From: a virus
Taxonomy: Duplodnaviria > Caudoviricetes
Direction: 5' to 3' (one strand)
Length of the DNA: 63,973 nt
IMG/VR virus record: IMGVR_UViG_3300032305_000764
Location: 1 to 63,973 of that record
In this document: piece after piece, positions 19,517 to 28,803 of the stretch
How the letters are laid out: every line of letters starts with the position of its first letter
Position numbering within the stretch: the stretch's first letter is position 1
The notes under the pieces: model-generated
What the model was told of the DNA's origin: nothing
Seen by the model: only the letters and a program-made list of their open reading frames with translations
Database searches by the model: none
Translations under genes and position numbers: made by a program

Positions 19517-19535
19517 AAAGATCCTTGGAGAAGGC

Positions 19536-20405
19536 ATGAAAATTACGAACGTTCACAAAGTCCCAGAGCCACTGATGACCTTGGCTAAGGGACAGTATTA
19601 CAGCAAGGGCGAAGCCGACTATAGCGTAACCGAACTGATGTCGCCACCCCGTGTGCAGCGTCTGAAGTCTAAGCACAACGCAGACATGGTTCAGGATGTA
19701 TCTCAAATGCTTTGGTCTCTCTTGGGTTCTGCGCTGCATGTGGTGATGGAGCGCGGTCAAACCGAGGGCTGGATCACTGAGGAAAGATTGTTCACCAAAG
19801 TTGATGACGTGGTGATTTCGGGAGGGGTTGACCTCCAAGAAGAAACGCCCGATGGAATCATCATCTATGACTATAAGTTCACGTCTGCATGGGCAGTGAT
19901 GAACGAGAAGGTTGAGTGGGAACAACAACTGAATATCTACAAATGGTTGGTTGAGACCGTCAAACGGAAAAAGGTTGTGGGTCTAAAGATTTGCTCATTG
20001 ATCAGAGACTTCAGCCGCCACGAGACAGGAAGGGCTGGCTATCCGCAGTCCACTATCCACATGGTAGATGTGCCGATGTGGGACACATTCAAAGCGGAGT
20101 CCTATGTGCGTGAGCGTTTAAACATGCACAGGGATGCCAAGCTTGCAGCAGACTTTGAGGAGGAGCTACCCCAGTGTTCCTCCGACGAGCGGTGGATGTC
20201 AGAAACGACATACGCTGTAAAAAGGGACGGACGCAAAACAGCGATCCGTGTTTTAAAAGATGCCGAAGAGGCTAATGAACTTGCTTTAAAGGAGAAGGGC
20301 TATGTCGAAACGAGACTTGGAGAACCCAAACGTTGTACCGGAAACTACTGCGGAGTCGCTGAATTCTGTAACCAATACAAAGGAGAAGCCAGTGACCCCA
20401 TCTGA
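19536..20405 (+). CDS. PD-(D/E)xK (RecB/Cas4-like) exonuclease
   Basis: SVTEL, GSALH, ISGGVD, DYKFT, QLNIY, C-terminal RCxxxYCxxxxFC. Confidence 0.8.
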   Translation: MKITNVHKVPEPLMTLAKGQYYSKGEADYSVTELMSPPRVQRLKSKHNADMVQDVSQMLWSLLGSALHVVMERGQTEGWITEERLFTKVDDVVISGGVDLQEETPDGIIIYDYKFTSAWAVMNEKVEWEQQLNIYKWLVETVKRKKVVGLKICSLIRDFSRHETGRAGYPQSTIHMVDVPMWDTFKAESYVRERLNMHRDAKLAADFEEELPQCSSDERWMSETTYAVKRDGRKTAIRVLKDAEEANELALKEKGYVETRLGEPKRCTGNYCGVAEFCNQYKGEASDPI

Positions 20406-21042
20406 TTTACTGGCTATCAACGTCAACAAACATACAGAAAAGAAAAACAATTTAACCTATTTGTCGTGGGCATGGGCGTGGGATCAGATCCTACGAGCCG
20501 ACCCGCAAGCCAACTACGACGTGAAAACATTTGATGGTCTGCCTTATATGCGGATTGGAGAATCTGCAATGGTTTGGGTGACCGTAGTTGCCCTAGGGAA
20601 ATCCGTCACGGTGCAGTTGCCCGTGTTGGACTACCGCAATAAATGTATTGCCAACCCCAATGCGTTTGACATCAATACATCCATCATGCGATGCCTTGTT
20701 AAGGGGATTGCGATGCATGGTCTAGGTCTTTACATCTATGCGGGTGAGGATCTACCTGCGGAAACGGTGGAGCCCGTCAAGATTATCCCCGTAAGCGAAG
20801 AGGGGGAGGTGTCTGCGTCAGTAGATGTGACAACCGAAAGCGATGAGGAAAACGCCAAACTGTTTGCGGAGTCCATGATCAGGTTTACCAACCACTGCCA
20901 AGACTTGGCGGGTTTAAACAGCTACTGGAAGAACAACCAAGGCGAGCTAGATAAGTTAAAGGTTAACTACCCCGACTTGTTTAAAACCATCAGAGATGAG
21001 TTCTCTGAACTGAAGAAATCTTTTTCAAAACCAAAGGAGTAA
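20392..21042 (+). CDS. Sak3/DUF1071-like single-strand annealing protein
   Basis: EKKNNLTYLSWAWAW...LPVLDYRNK...IMRCLVKGIAMHGLGLYIYAGEDLP. Confidence 0.85.
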   Translation: MTPSDLLAINVNKHTEKKNNLTYLSWAWAWDQILRADPQANYDVKTFDGLPYMRIGESAMVWVTVVALGKSVTVQLPVLDYRNKCIANPNAFDINTSIMRCLVKGIAMHGLGLYIYAGEDLPAETVEPVKIIPVSEEGEVSASVDVTTESDEENAKLFAESMIRFTNHCQDLAGLNSYWKNNQGELDKLKVNYPDLFKTIRDEFSELKKSFSKPKE

Positions 21043-21045
21043 ATC

Positions 21046-21327
21046 ATGGAAAAGCAATACAAACCCTACCCCGATTCCGGCTCACTACGAGCTACCGGAA
21101 CCAAGAGGACTCAAATGTCCCCCGACTATTGGGGAAACATTGCGATCAACCTCAAGGATTTAAAGAACATCAAGACAGAAGATGGCTTGACCATTGTGAA
21201 GTTGAGTGGCTGGAAAAAGGTGGACTCCGCCGGTAAGACCTACCTCTCTATCGCAGTGGATCGTTATGTCCCCGAAGAGAAGCCACAAGGTGGTAGCGGC
21301 TTTGATGACATGGATTCGGAGTTCTAA
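21046..21327 (+). CDS. Small SSB-like protein
   Basis: PDYWGNI...LSGWKK...YLSIAV, acidic tail FDDMDSEF; follows the annealase. Confidence 0.6.
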   Translation: MEKQYKPYPDSGSLRATGTKRTQMSPDYWGNIAINLKDLKNIKTEDGLTIVKLSGWKKVDSAGKTYLSIAVDRYVPEEKPQGGSGFDDMDSEF

Positions 21328-21732
21328 GTGGCACTTCAATTTGAAGCCCGCAAGGTGTCTTTGAAGCAGGATAGGACGGGTTATGTTTTAACCCTGTCCC
21401 TGCACCCCGATGAAATCCCAGTGGAGCTTCTCAGGGATTTTGTCGGGACGAGATACGCCTGTGCAATTGTTCGCATTCAAGATGATGAAACGCCGACCGC
21501 TTACAACAACCGAGTGCAGAAGGCTGGGATGTTATGCCGTCAAGAAAAGTTTCAGGCTTTCATGTCTGACTTTATTGATGGGTTTGTGGACGAGGACAGC
21601 ACTGCGGACGAGTTGTGTAAACAGTGCGGCATTGAGTCACGAAGCGAATTAAATGGAAACCTATCGGCGCAGAATAAATTTGATGAGCTTGTAGCCGAGT
21701 ATGAAAACTGGAGTAAGAATGACCAATTCTAA
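21328..21732 (+). CDS. Hypothetical protein
   Basis: 134 aa; CGIESRSELNGN motif. Confidence 0.65.
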   Translation: MALQFEARKVSLKQDRTGYVLTLSLHPDEIPVELLRDFVGTRYACAIVRIQDDETPTAYNNRVQKAGMLCRQEKFQAFMSDFIDGFVDEDSTADELCKQCGIESRSELNGNLSAQNKFDELVAEYENWSKNDQF

Positions 21733-22039
21733 AAATTACAAACCTTACATGACCTACTTGTTGCCCGAGGAACATGCAGGACTGAAGAAGTTTTCAAAGA
21801 CTTACAAAGTTCCTATGGCGCAACTGGTTAGAGAAGGTGTTGCTGCGAGATTGTCATCTAACAATCCTTATGTTTCGGGTTTTAACGATGGTTTAAACAA
21901 GGCCATCGAGATGACCAAAAGTCTTAAGGCTTCTGAGATGAGGTTCCCGTCCGGTCAATCATTTGGTGAGTTGGTAGAGGATGCTTTGTTAAGTCAACGA
22001 ATCGTGGAGGTTAAGAATGAATCTAACGGGACAACGTAA
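21719..22039 (+). CDS. Ribbon-helix-helix-like DNA-binding protein
   Basis: YMTYLLPEEHAGLKKFSKTYKVPMAQLVREGV. Confidence 0.5.
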   Translation: MTNSKNYKPYMTYLLPEEHAGLKKFSKTYKVPMAQLVREGVAARLSSNNPYVSGFNDGLNKAIEMTKSLKASEMRFPSGQSFGELVEDALLSQRIVEVKNESNGTT

Positions 22040-22241
22040 CCAGTGTCCAACTTGTGGCGAGTATTTCAACAGCAACACTGCTTTTGATAAACATCGTTCG
22101 GGCCCATTTACAAATAGACGATGCATCTCCCATCAAGAGATGCGAGACAAAGGAATGAGTTTAAACAGCTCAGGATTTTGGATTTCAGAATCTTGGCAGG
22201 GATGGCAAGGAGCCCGAGATGAGTCACCAGCAGTTTTATGA
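22017..22241 (+). CDS. FDxHR-type Zn-binding phage protein
   Basis: CPTCGEYFNSNTAFDKHR...RC. Confidence 0.7.
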   Translation: MNLTGQRNQCPTCGEYFNSNTAFDKHRSGPFTNRRCISHQEMRDKGMSLNSSGFWISESWQGWQGARDESPAVL

Positions 22242-22706
22242 AACTGTGCAGAGGCAGGAGAGTTTGTTGGACAAGCGTCTAGCAAAGCTTGCATATGACG
22301 CAGGGTTTGTATTTTTTGAGGGCGGCGAAGAGATTGATTGGTCTCGAGATTACACAGAGCAACTGATCAAGTTCGCAGAATTGGTTCATGGGAAGGGGTG
22401 GAAATGAAACCTAAAGAGCTGGCAGTACTTGAGATGTGCATAGAGAACGGCATTGCCTACGGCATGACCCGCGCCTACAAACACACGGATGAGCCGACAG
22501 ACGATCAAATTAAGTTCGTTCTGCGGGATGCAATCATGCATGAAATATATGAATGGTTTTACTTTGAAGAAACCGAGGTGTGGGACAAATGAAGATACTT
22601 TTAATGTGTTATTTGGTAATGTTCTTGGTGGCGCTGGGCCCCCTCATCACTATCGGCACCATTTACCTGTTAGGCAAATTAATACCATTTACCTTTTAGG
22701 AGAGTT

Positions 22707-23243
22707 ATGAAAGTCTACATCAGCAGCTATCGAGACCACTGGGTCTCACCTTGCACGATCTTAGAGAAGGTTTTCTTCTGGAGGGAAATTGACTACGACG
22801 AGCCAAAGATAGAAAAGTGGGCTGACAAACTGCGCCCATTGTGTGAGGGTCTTAAGAGTTTTTTAGATCGCATCCATCCTAGGATTACTTACGTCAAGAT
22901 AGACAGGTGGGACATATGGAGCATGGATACCACCTTGGCTCTTATTATCCTACCCATGCTCAAGCAGCTACATGCGGATAAGCATGGCGCTCCCAACGTT
23001 GATGATGAAGACGTTCCTGAAGAGCTTAGGTCTACGTCCGCTCCGCCAAAAGAAAATATATGGGAAACCGACGCCAACCACTTTAAACGGTGGGACTGGG
23101 TAATGGAGGAGATGATCTGGTCTTTTGAGCACAAACTAAAAGATACAGATCTTGACGACATTGATATATGGGAAGCTGATGGGGTCAGGGCGCAGAACGG
23201 CTTCCGACTGTTTGGTAAGTACTTTCAATCACTATGGGACTAA
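22707..23243 (+). CDS. Hypothetical phage protein
   Basis: 178 aa; WSMDTTLALIILPML...RWDWVMEEMIWSF...GFRLFGKYFQSLWD. Confidence 0.75.
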   Translation: MKVYISSYRDHWVSPCTILEKVFFWREIDYDEPKIEKWADKLRPLCEGLKSFLDRIHPRITYVKIDRWDIWSMDTTLALIILPMLKQLHADKHGAPNVDDEDVPEELRSTSAPPKENIWETDANHFKRWDWVMEEMIWSFEHKLKDTDLDDIDIWEADGVRAQNGFRLFGKYFQSLWD

Positions 23244-25867
23244 CATGAAACTAACTATTGAAATTGACAGCGACACTATAGACAACATCTTCATCGAGCG
23301 TTTGATAGAAGACCTTGAGCGGCTGGAGACGGAGACTATTGCCGTTTTCTCGCACGAACCTGAGATCGAGAAGCAGCACATCGGCGCATTGAAGGGCGCT
23401 TACAAACAAATACTTTCCTACTACGGAGAAATGGTATGACTATCCAATCAGACTTAAAAGCAAAGCTCAGAGAATCAGAGCTGACCTTTGAGAAAAACTG
23501 GCGGCGGCACCAGAACCTACAGATCGTCAAGGGTCTGTTTGCCGTGGCTTGCTTCATGGCGTTTATTGTGTTTGCTGGTTTCTATATACAAAGGTAAAGC
23601 ATGACACAAGATGAAATCATGGAGATGGCACAAAAATGCAGGTTGATAGGAAGTGACCCGCGCCTTTATGGCATTTATATGGACGCCCTGTTGTCTTTTG
23701 CCAAACTGGTAGCAGAAGCAGAGCGTGAGGCGTGTGCGAAGGTGGCTGACGCATACGCAGATGGTTTGGAGCGCAACTATTCTGAAATCACTGCAGACAT
23801 AATCCGAGCACGGGGGCAAGCATGACATGGGATGAATACAACCTACTATTCCACAAACAACAGCTAAACCTTGTTGCGTTTAAACGTTTAATGGATTGTG
23901 ATGAAGAGGTTTTGCGGTTGGTTAACAGTGCAATCGAAGCAGAGCGCGAAGCCTGTGCAAAGTTGTGCGATGACCTTGTAAATGACGAAAACACCATTGA
24001 ATATGCAAACGCAGCATATCGTTGTTCGGTACTAATTAGATCAAGGGAGTAGATATGGATTTAAATCAAGGCAAAGTAGCTGGCGGGTTGGTGGAAGAAA
24101 TGCTGGAGTTAATTTATAAGTACGACGAATCTCTTTACATGCCAACGGTTATTGGTTGTTTGGAGGTGGTAAAGCAAATACTTCTTAATGGTAGTTTAAA
24201 GAATTTAGAGAGAGAGCATGACTAAAGACGAAATCTGCGGGTTGCTTAGACAAATCCACGATGTCTTAGCTATGCAATCAGAAACAAATCAGGTTAAGTT
24301 TACCTCGGATTATGAGCGAGGAGTCATTGATGGCATGCTGAAGCAGGTGCAGTCCAGCGTAGACAAGGCGGTCAATGCAATGGCAAAGCGCCCTTGGGCG
24401 GGGCTGACGGATGAGGAAGTAGATGAAATATACACCTCTGTGCAGTTGGAGGTTAACGACCATTGGGACAAGGGTGGCACAACCAAGATGTTTCCATTGA
24501 CGTTGTATAAAGCCATAGAAGCCAAGCTAAGGAGTAAGAACGCATGAGCGCAAAACCAATCCCAGCAAAAGAAGTAGCCGCAAGCATCATGAAAATCATG
24601 GATGACGTTGCATTGCAGTACCCCGAAGAAGAGCGAGAGCGTTTAAAAGCGGTCATGCTTGGTCAGTTGGGCATGGCTATGTTTAACAGGCCAATGGTTG
24701 TTGAAGACAAACTCAAGGAGAAGAACGCATGAGACTCATCAGTTTGAACTGGAACGACATCAAGGGACAAGGTAGTGTTTCTTACTCCAAGGTGTTCAGC
24801 GAAGCGCACATCGTCGTGCAATTGGATATGTTGCAAGACTGCATCGCTGATTTGCAAGACAAGTACGACGCATTGTTGGCTCAACCTGAATCGGAGAAGA
24901 ACACATGAGGCAATGCATTCAATGCTCGGATTGCGAATATTTTGGATCAAGATTTACAGACGAAACATTGCCCGGAGCATTTGACCCGGGCGCATGTAAC
25001 GTTGTTGTGCCTTCATGGTTGAACGCAATGGCATGTTTAAACCCAAACGGGGTTGATCGTCGCGTTTATCCTGACAACGGATGTGATTTGGGGAAATTAA
25101 AACTTAAGGAGAAGAACATATGAAACAGGTCAAACTTTTTGTTGGCGTTGACGACTACGAAGTTGGTCTGGTGTTTACATGGAGTGAATCTGAAAACGCA
25201 TGGGTCTGCAAGATGGATGATGATTTTATGCAAGAACTTGGCGCATTGCCATTTGAGGAGAAGAACGATGTCTGATAGATTTGATTTAGAACAAGCGATC
25301 CTGCGGGCGGACATGGAGGGTGATTTAAACCTGCTCTTTGATCGTGTATGCAACGGGCCGGAACTGTCTCAGGACGACATGGCTAATGCCCTGCTGGGAC
25401 TCATCACCCTCAACGCATTGCGGCACGAGAAGCTGTGGAATATCTTTGAAGACATGTGCCACCAACGAATGTTTAAGGACAAATATGAAAAAGTGGATTG
25501 ATCCACCTAGTGGATGGAAGTATGGATTCCCTAGAGTCTTTGATAGCGAGAAGGACGGGAATATGCGCGAATGGTTGGTCGCTAATGGATATCCTCAGGA
25601 AGAAATTGAGGATTTGGGTAATCATTTTTATGTGCGTCAATGGTTAACTGATGAGGAGGAAGAGAAATGTCGAACGTCATAAGGATGGGTAAAAGCTCCC
25701 ACGAACTTTTAGATGAGGTCAGGGAGATGATGACTGAAGATTCAAGCTGCATGGTGGTGTTCTTTGATGAGGAGGACACCTTGCAGGTCGCCTACGCTAA
25801 CGTATCTGCGGAACGAAGTGTGTTTATGTTGGAAGCCGCCAAGCTGGATATATTGGATAGCGTTTAA

Positions 25868-26053
25868 ATGAAATGTAGCTGCGGCGCACCTAGTGAAATT
25901 TTAGAAACCCGCACTTATAAATCTTCTGTCTACCGCAGAAGGATTTGTTTCAACGGGCATAGATTTTCAACCGACGAAAGAGCCAGAAAGGAGAGCAACA
26001 AGGAACCGTTTAAACATGAAAACAATCATACATGTCAACCAACACGTAGTTAA
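25868..26053 (+). CDS. NrdR-N/Ogr-like zinc-ribbon protein
   Basis: CSCG...ILETR...RRRIC..GHRFSTDE. Confidence 0.6.
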   Translation: MKCSCGAPSEILETRTYKSSVYRRRICFNGHRFSTDERARKESNKEPFKHENNHTCQPTRS

Positions 26054-26974
26054 AGCCAATACGAAAAATGGCACACAAGACCCAGTCCTTACGGTAAAAA
26101 CCTATAAGGAAAACAAGTATGCAAAGCGCGTACTTATAAACGGCCCGAGTAAGGTTGTTTACAGCCCGGACAAACCGCTCTCATGCGGAGCTAGGGTGTG
26201 GATTGAAACAGAATCAGAGGTGATTACAGATGAACAAGTTTGATAGTTTTGTGAGGAAAACCTTTTTTTACGTTGAGACAACTCTTGTAGGAATTGGTGC
26301 TTTTTTTGTATTGGTTGTATTCGGATTCTTCTCCGGATACATTTTTGAAAAACTTCCTATGTGGATGGAGGCATTGAAATGACTGACGACTTTAAACTGA
26401 CCATGACGCACATATCAGACAACGAAGACGGATCCGCTAACGTCAATCTTGATATGGATGCCAACGCAGTAAGATGTTTAATCAACTATGGCTTTGTGAG
26501 CCTACTCAGAGATGCAATCCGAGACGGCAAGATTCTAAAAGCCGACGAAGAGAAAGCCGGTGGAACAGAATGAAGTGCTGCCACTGCGATAAACCAGTAG
26601 ACACGGATGCGGATGTAGATGCGTTTTTCGGTAGGTATTGGCATTCGGAGTGTGCGACATTTGAAAACATCAACGCCTTGTTTCGCAAGGGGACAAATCC
26701 CCTTGTTGAAATACAAAAACTAGAGCGTGAACGCATTTATGGCAAGGATACACCGGACGTACACAGCAACTTTTAAGCGTCACAAAAATGGATTAAGATC
26801 TTAATCCGGAGGTGTTTATGTACACATTGATGATCGCGTTAGATTGCGGCGGGTCTGCTCAGATTGAGACCGAGAACATGGAAAGACTGCAAGAATTTGC
26901 ATCTTTAGTTGAGGCTTGGCAGTCAAATCAAATTGACGAAGAGCCCGTCATCCCAGTTTTTGGAGAAGAGTAGT

Positions 26975-27118
26975 CTATTTAGCCATGAAGTAAAGCCCTA
27001 TGTTGGAGAATGCGTACCCTGCGTACATCATTCCCACATAGGGATTACCCTTGAAGAATTGCTCTAACGATATAAAAGCATATATCGCGCCCGTCACGAT
27101 GATTAGATATGGACTCAT
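26975..27118 (-). CDS. Small membrane protein (47 aa)
   Basis: Translated by hand: MSPYLIIVTGAIYAFISLEQFFKGNPYVGMMYAGYAFSNIGLYFMAK. Confidence 0.55.
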   Translation of the reverse strand: MSPYLIIVTGAIYAFISLEQFFKGNPYVGMMYAGYAFSNIGLYFMAK

Positions 27119-27120
27119 GT

Positions 27121-28089
27121 TTAATCCGCAAATAAACGGCCTCTGAAATAGGCTTTCTCATTGTCCCGAACTGCACAAAATTCTGGGTGCAGCAACATAC
27201 CATCCACCCACGTTAAAACTGCAAAACCCGATTGCCAGTTTAAACCGGGCTTGCCTTGACGGTATGAAAACTCATCCTGATCCTCATCTGCCAACATGCC
27301 CGTCTTAATCCCGTAATGGGTGTTCTTAAATCCTCTGTGGGCTTTGGCTGAGAGTTCATGGGTGTGACCCGTTACAACGTTACATCCACCCTTTAAGGTG
27401 TCATTCCAACCTGAGTGGACGCCTGAGTGCCAGTCATGGATCACAACCGTGTCGTCGTTGATGTCAATTCTTTCGGAGTCCGTCCAGAAGGGGAGGTGGT
27501 CTTTTAAAGTAAAGCCTCCTATGCCCTCATACTGGGGAACCATGCCCGAGAGCTTTGTCTCAAATCGGGCGCAGTGATTTCCGTAGGTTCTTAGAAGCTG
27601 GCATCCTGCGGGCCGAAGCTTTTCTATATCGTTTAAACGAGCTTGCACTGCCTCAAGTTCATCTTTAACGGTGACGGCTGGCTTCCATCGGATTCGACCA
27701 TGTCGGCTAATGCTTCCGCCGTCCAAAATGTCCCCGTTTAAAATGACTGCCCTTACTTCTTTTCCAAGCTCTGCCATCACATTGCAGAAAGCTTTGTGTG
27801 CAATCGGTATAACGCCGGGCGAGTAGTGGGCATCCGACCCAACCAAGATAACACCATTCTGTATCTCAAGCCTGTTTACATCCTTGCGTTTAGACATGAT
27901 GACTCTCACGTCTTCGGGCGTATACTTTGAGTTCTGACCGTGAGCGGGCAAAAGGATTTTGTGTTTTGCTTCTATAGCCAATCTTCTTTTGTAGATTGAC
28001 CTCTCACCAATCCCAAGAACCACCGCCAACTCTGATGGACTCGGGCAGTTCTTCCAAGCATCAATAAAATCCTTGTCACTTATTCGCAT
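27121..28089 (-). CDS. Calcineurin-like metallophosphoesterase with N-terminal HTH-like region
   Basis: GSDAH, NGDILD, GNH, IH, GHTH motifs. Confidence 0.85.
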   Translation of the reverse strand: MRISDKDFIDAWKNCPSPSELAVVLGIGERSIYKRRLAIEAKHKILLPAHGQNSKYTPEDVRVIMSKRKDVNRLEIQNGVILVGSDAHYSPGVIPIAHKAFCNVMAELGKEVRAVILNGDILDGGSISRHGRIRWKPAVTVKDELEAVQARLNDIEKLRPAGCQLLRTYGNHCARFETKLSGMVPQYEGIGGFTLKDHLPFWTDSERIDINDDTVVIHDWHSGVHSGWNDTLKGGCNVVTGHTHELSAKAHRGFKNTHYGIKTGMLADEDQDEFSYRQGKPGLNWQSGFAVLTWVDGMLLHPEFCAVRDNEKAYFRGRLFAD

Positions 28090-28441
28090 AGTCTTTACCC
28101 AGTAGTTTTTCAAGCACATTGATAACACGATGTTCTTCGGCCTCAAGCCGTTCACAACCCTTTTCTTGGGCGGCGGTTAGAAAGTCGTGCAGGAAAACAT
28201 GAAGCGTCTCATGGAGAGCGGTCATGGAGAGTGAGTGGGTAGTTATAGGAGTGCTGGCAAAATCCCCCAATCTCAGAGTTGCCAACCTTGCCCCGTTATC
28301 AAATTCAACGGAGGCCATAGCGTTTTTTGCGGGTCTAGGCACCCGCTCCATCCGCCAATCCTGTACATTAAGAACTGTCTGCCAATGAGTTATATGCTCA
28401 TCGAATTCTTGTGCTTGTTCTTGGTTAGGTATGTTTTTCAT
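28076..28441 (-). CDS. Small HExxH zincin-like protein
   Basis: ALHETLHVFL...EEH. Confidence 0.6.
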   Translation of the reverse strand: MKNIPNQEQAQEFDEHITHWQTVLNVQDWRMERVPRPAKNAMASVEFDNGARLATLRLGDFASTPITTHSLSMTALHETLHVFLHDFLTAAQEKGCERLEAEEHRVINVLEKLLGKDYANK

Positions 28442-28515
28442 GCCGTTGCCTATTCTCTAGCCAGCACATGAAAGATATATGAATTTATTGGTTTTATTTT
28501 CATTTAAGGATCTTT

Positions 28516-28803
28516 ATGTACCGGAATCAAAAATTACTTGAGGCCGTCAGAGAAGCGCCTTGTATGCACTGTGGCGCAGAAGACGGGACTGTAGTTGCAG
28601 CTCACTCCAATCAACTGAGAGATGGAAAAGGCAAGGGCATTAAAGCCGAGGATTACCGCATCGCCGCTCTTTGCTACATATGCCATCATCAGGTCGATCA
28701 GGGGTTTATGTGGGATAAAGCACAGAAACGTGAGGTATGGGAAGATGCCCATCGAAAAACCATAGGCTGGTTATTCGATAATAATGTTATTTCAATTCGC
28801 TGA
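28516..28803 (+). CDS. DUF1364-like His-Me finger Zn protein
   Basis: PCMHCG...VVAAHSN...GKGIK...LCYICHHQVD. Confidence 0.65.
   Translation: MYRNQKLLEAVREAPCMHCGAEDGTVVAAHSNQLRDGKGKGIKAEDYRIAALCYICHHQVDQGFMWDKAQKREVWEDAHRKTIGWLFDNNVISIR

Larger units (their letters stand above)
22219..26973 (+). other. Array of about 20 small hypothetical genes (nin-like accessory region)
   Basis: Near-contiguous, often coupled ORFs, e.g. 22219-22407, 22404-22592, 23245-23439, 23436-23597, 23601-23825, 23822-24052, 24218-24547, 24544-24732, 24729-24908, 24905-25123, 25120-25275, 25268-25501, 25667-25867, 26016-26243, 26818-26973. Confidence 0.7.

Noticed and set aside
19536-20405. CRISPR-associated Cas4 or a CRISPR array
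   Set aside because: It sits in a recombination module with Sak3 and SSB; I saw no repeat-spacer array or other cas gene in the window
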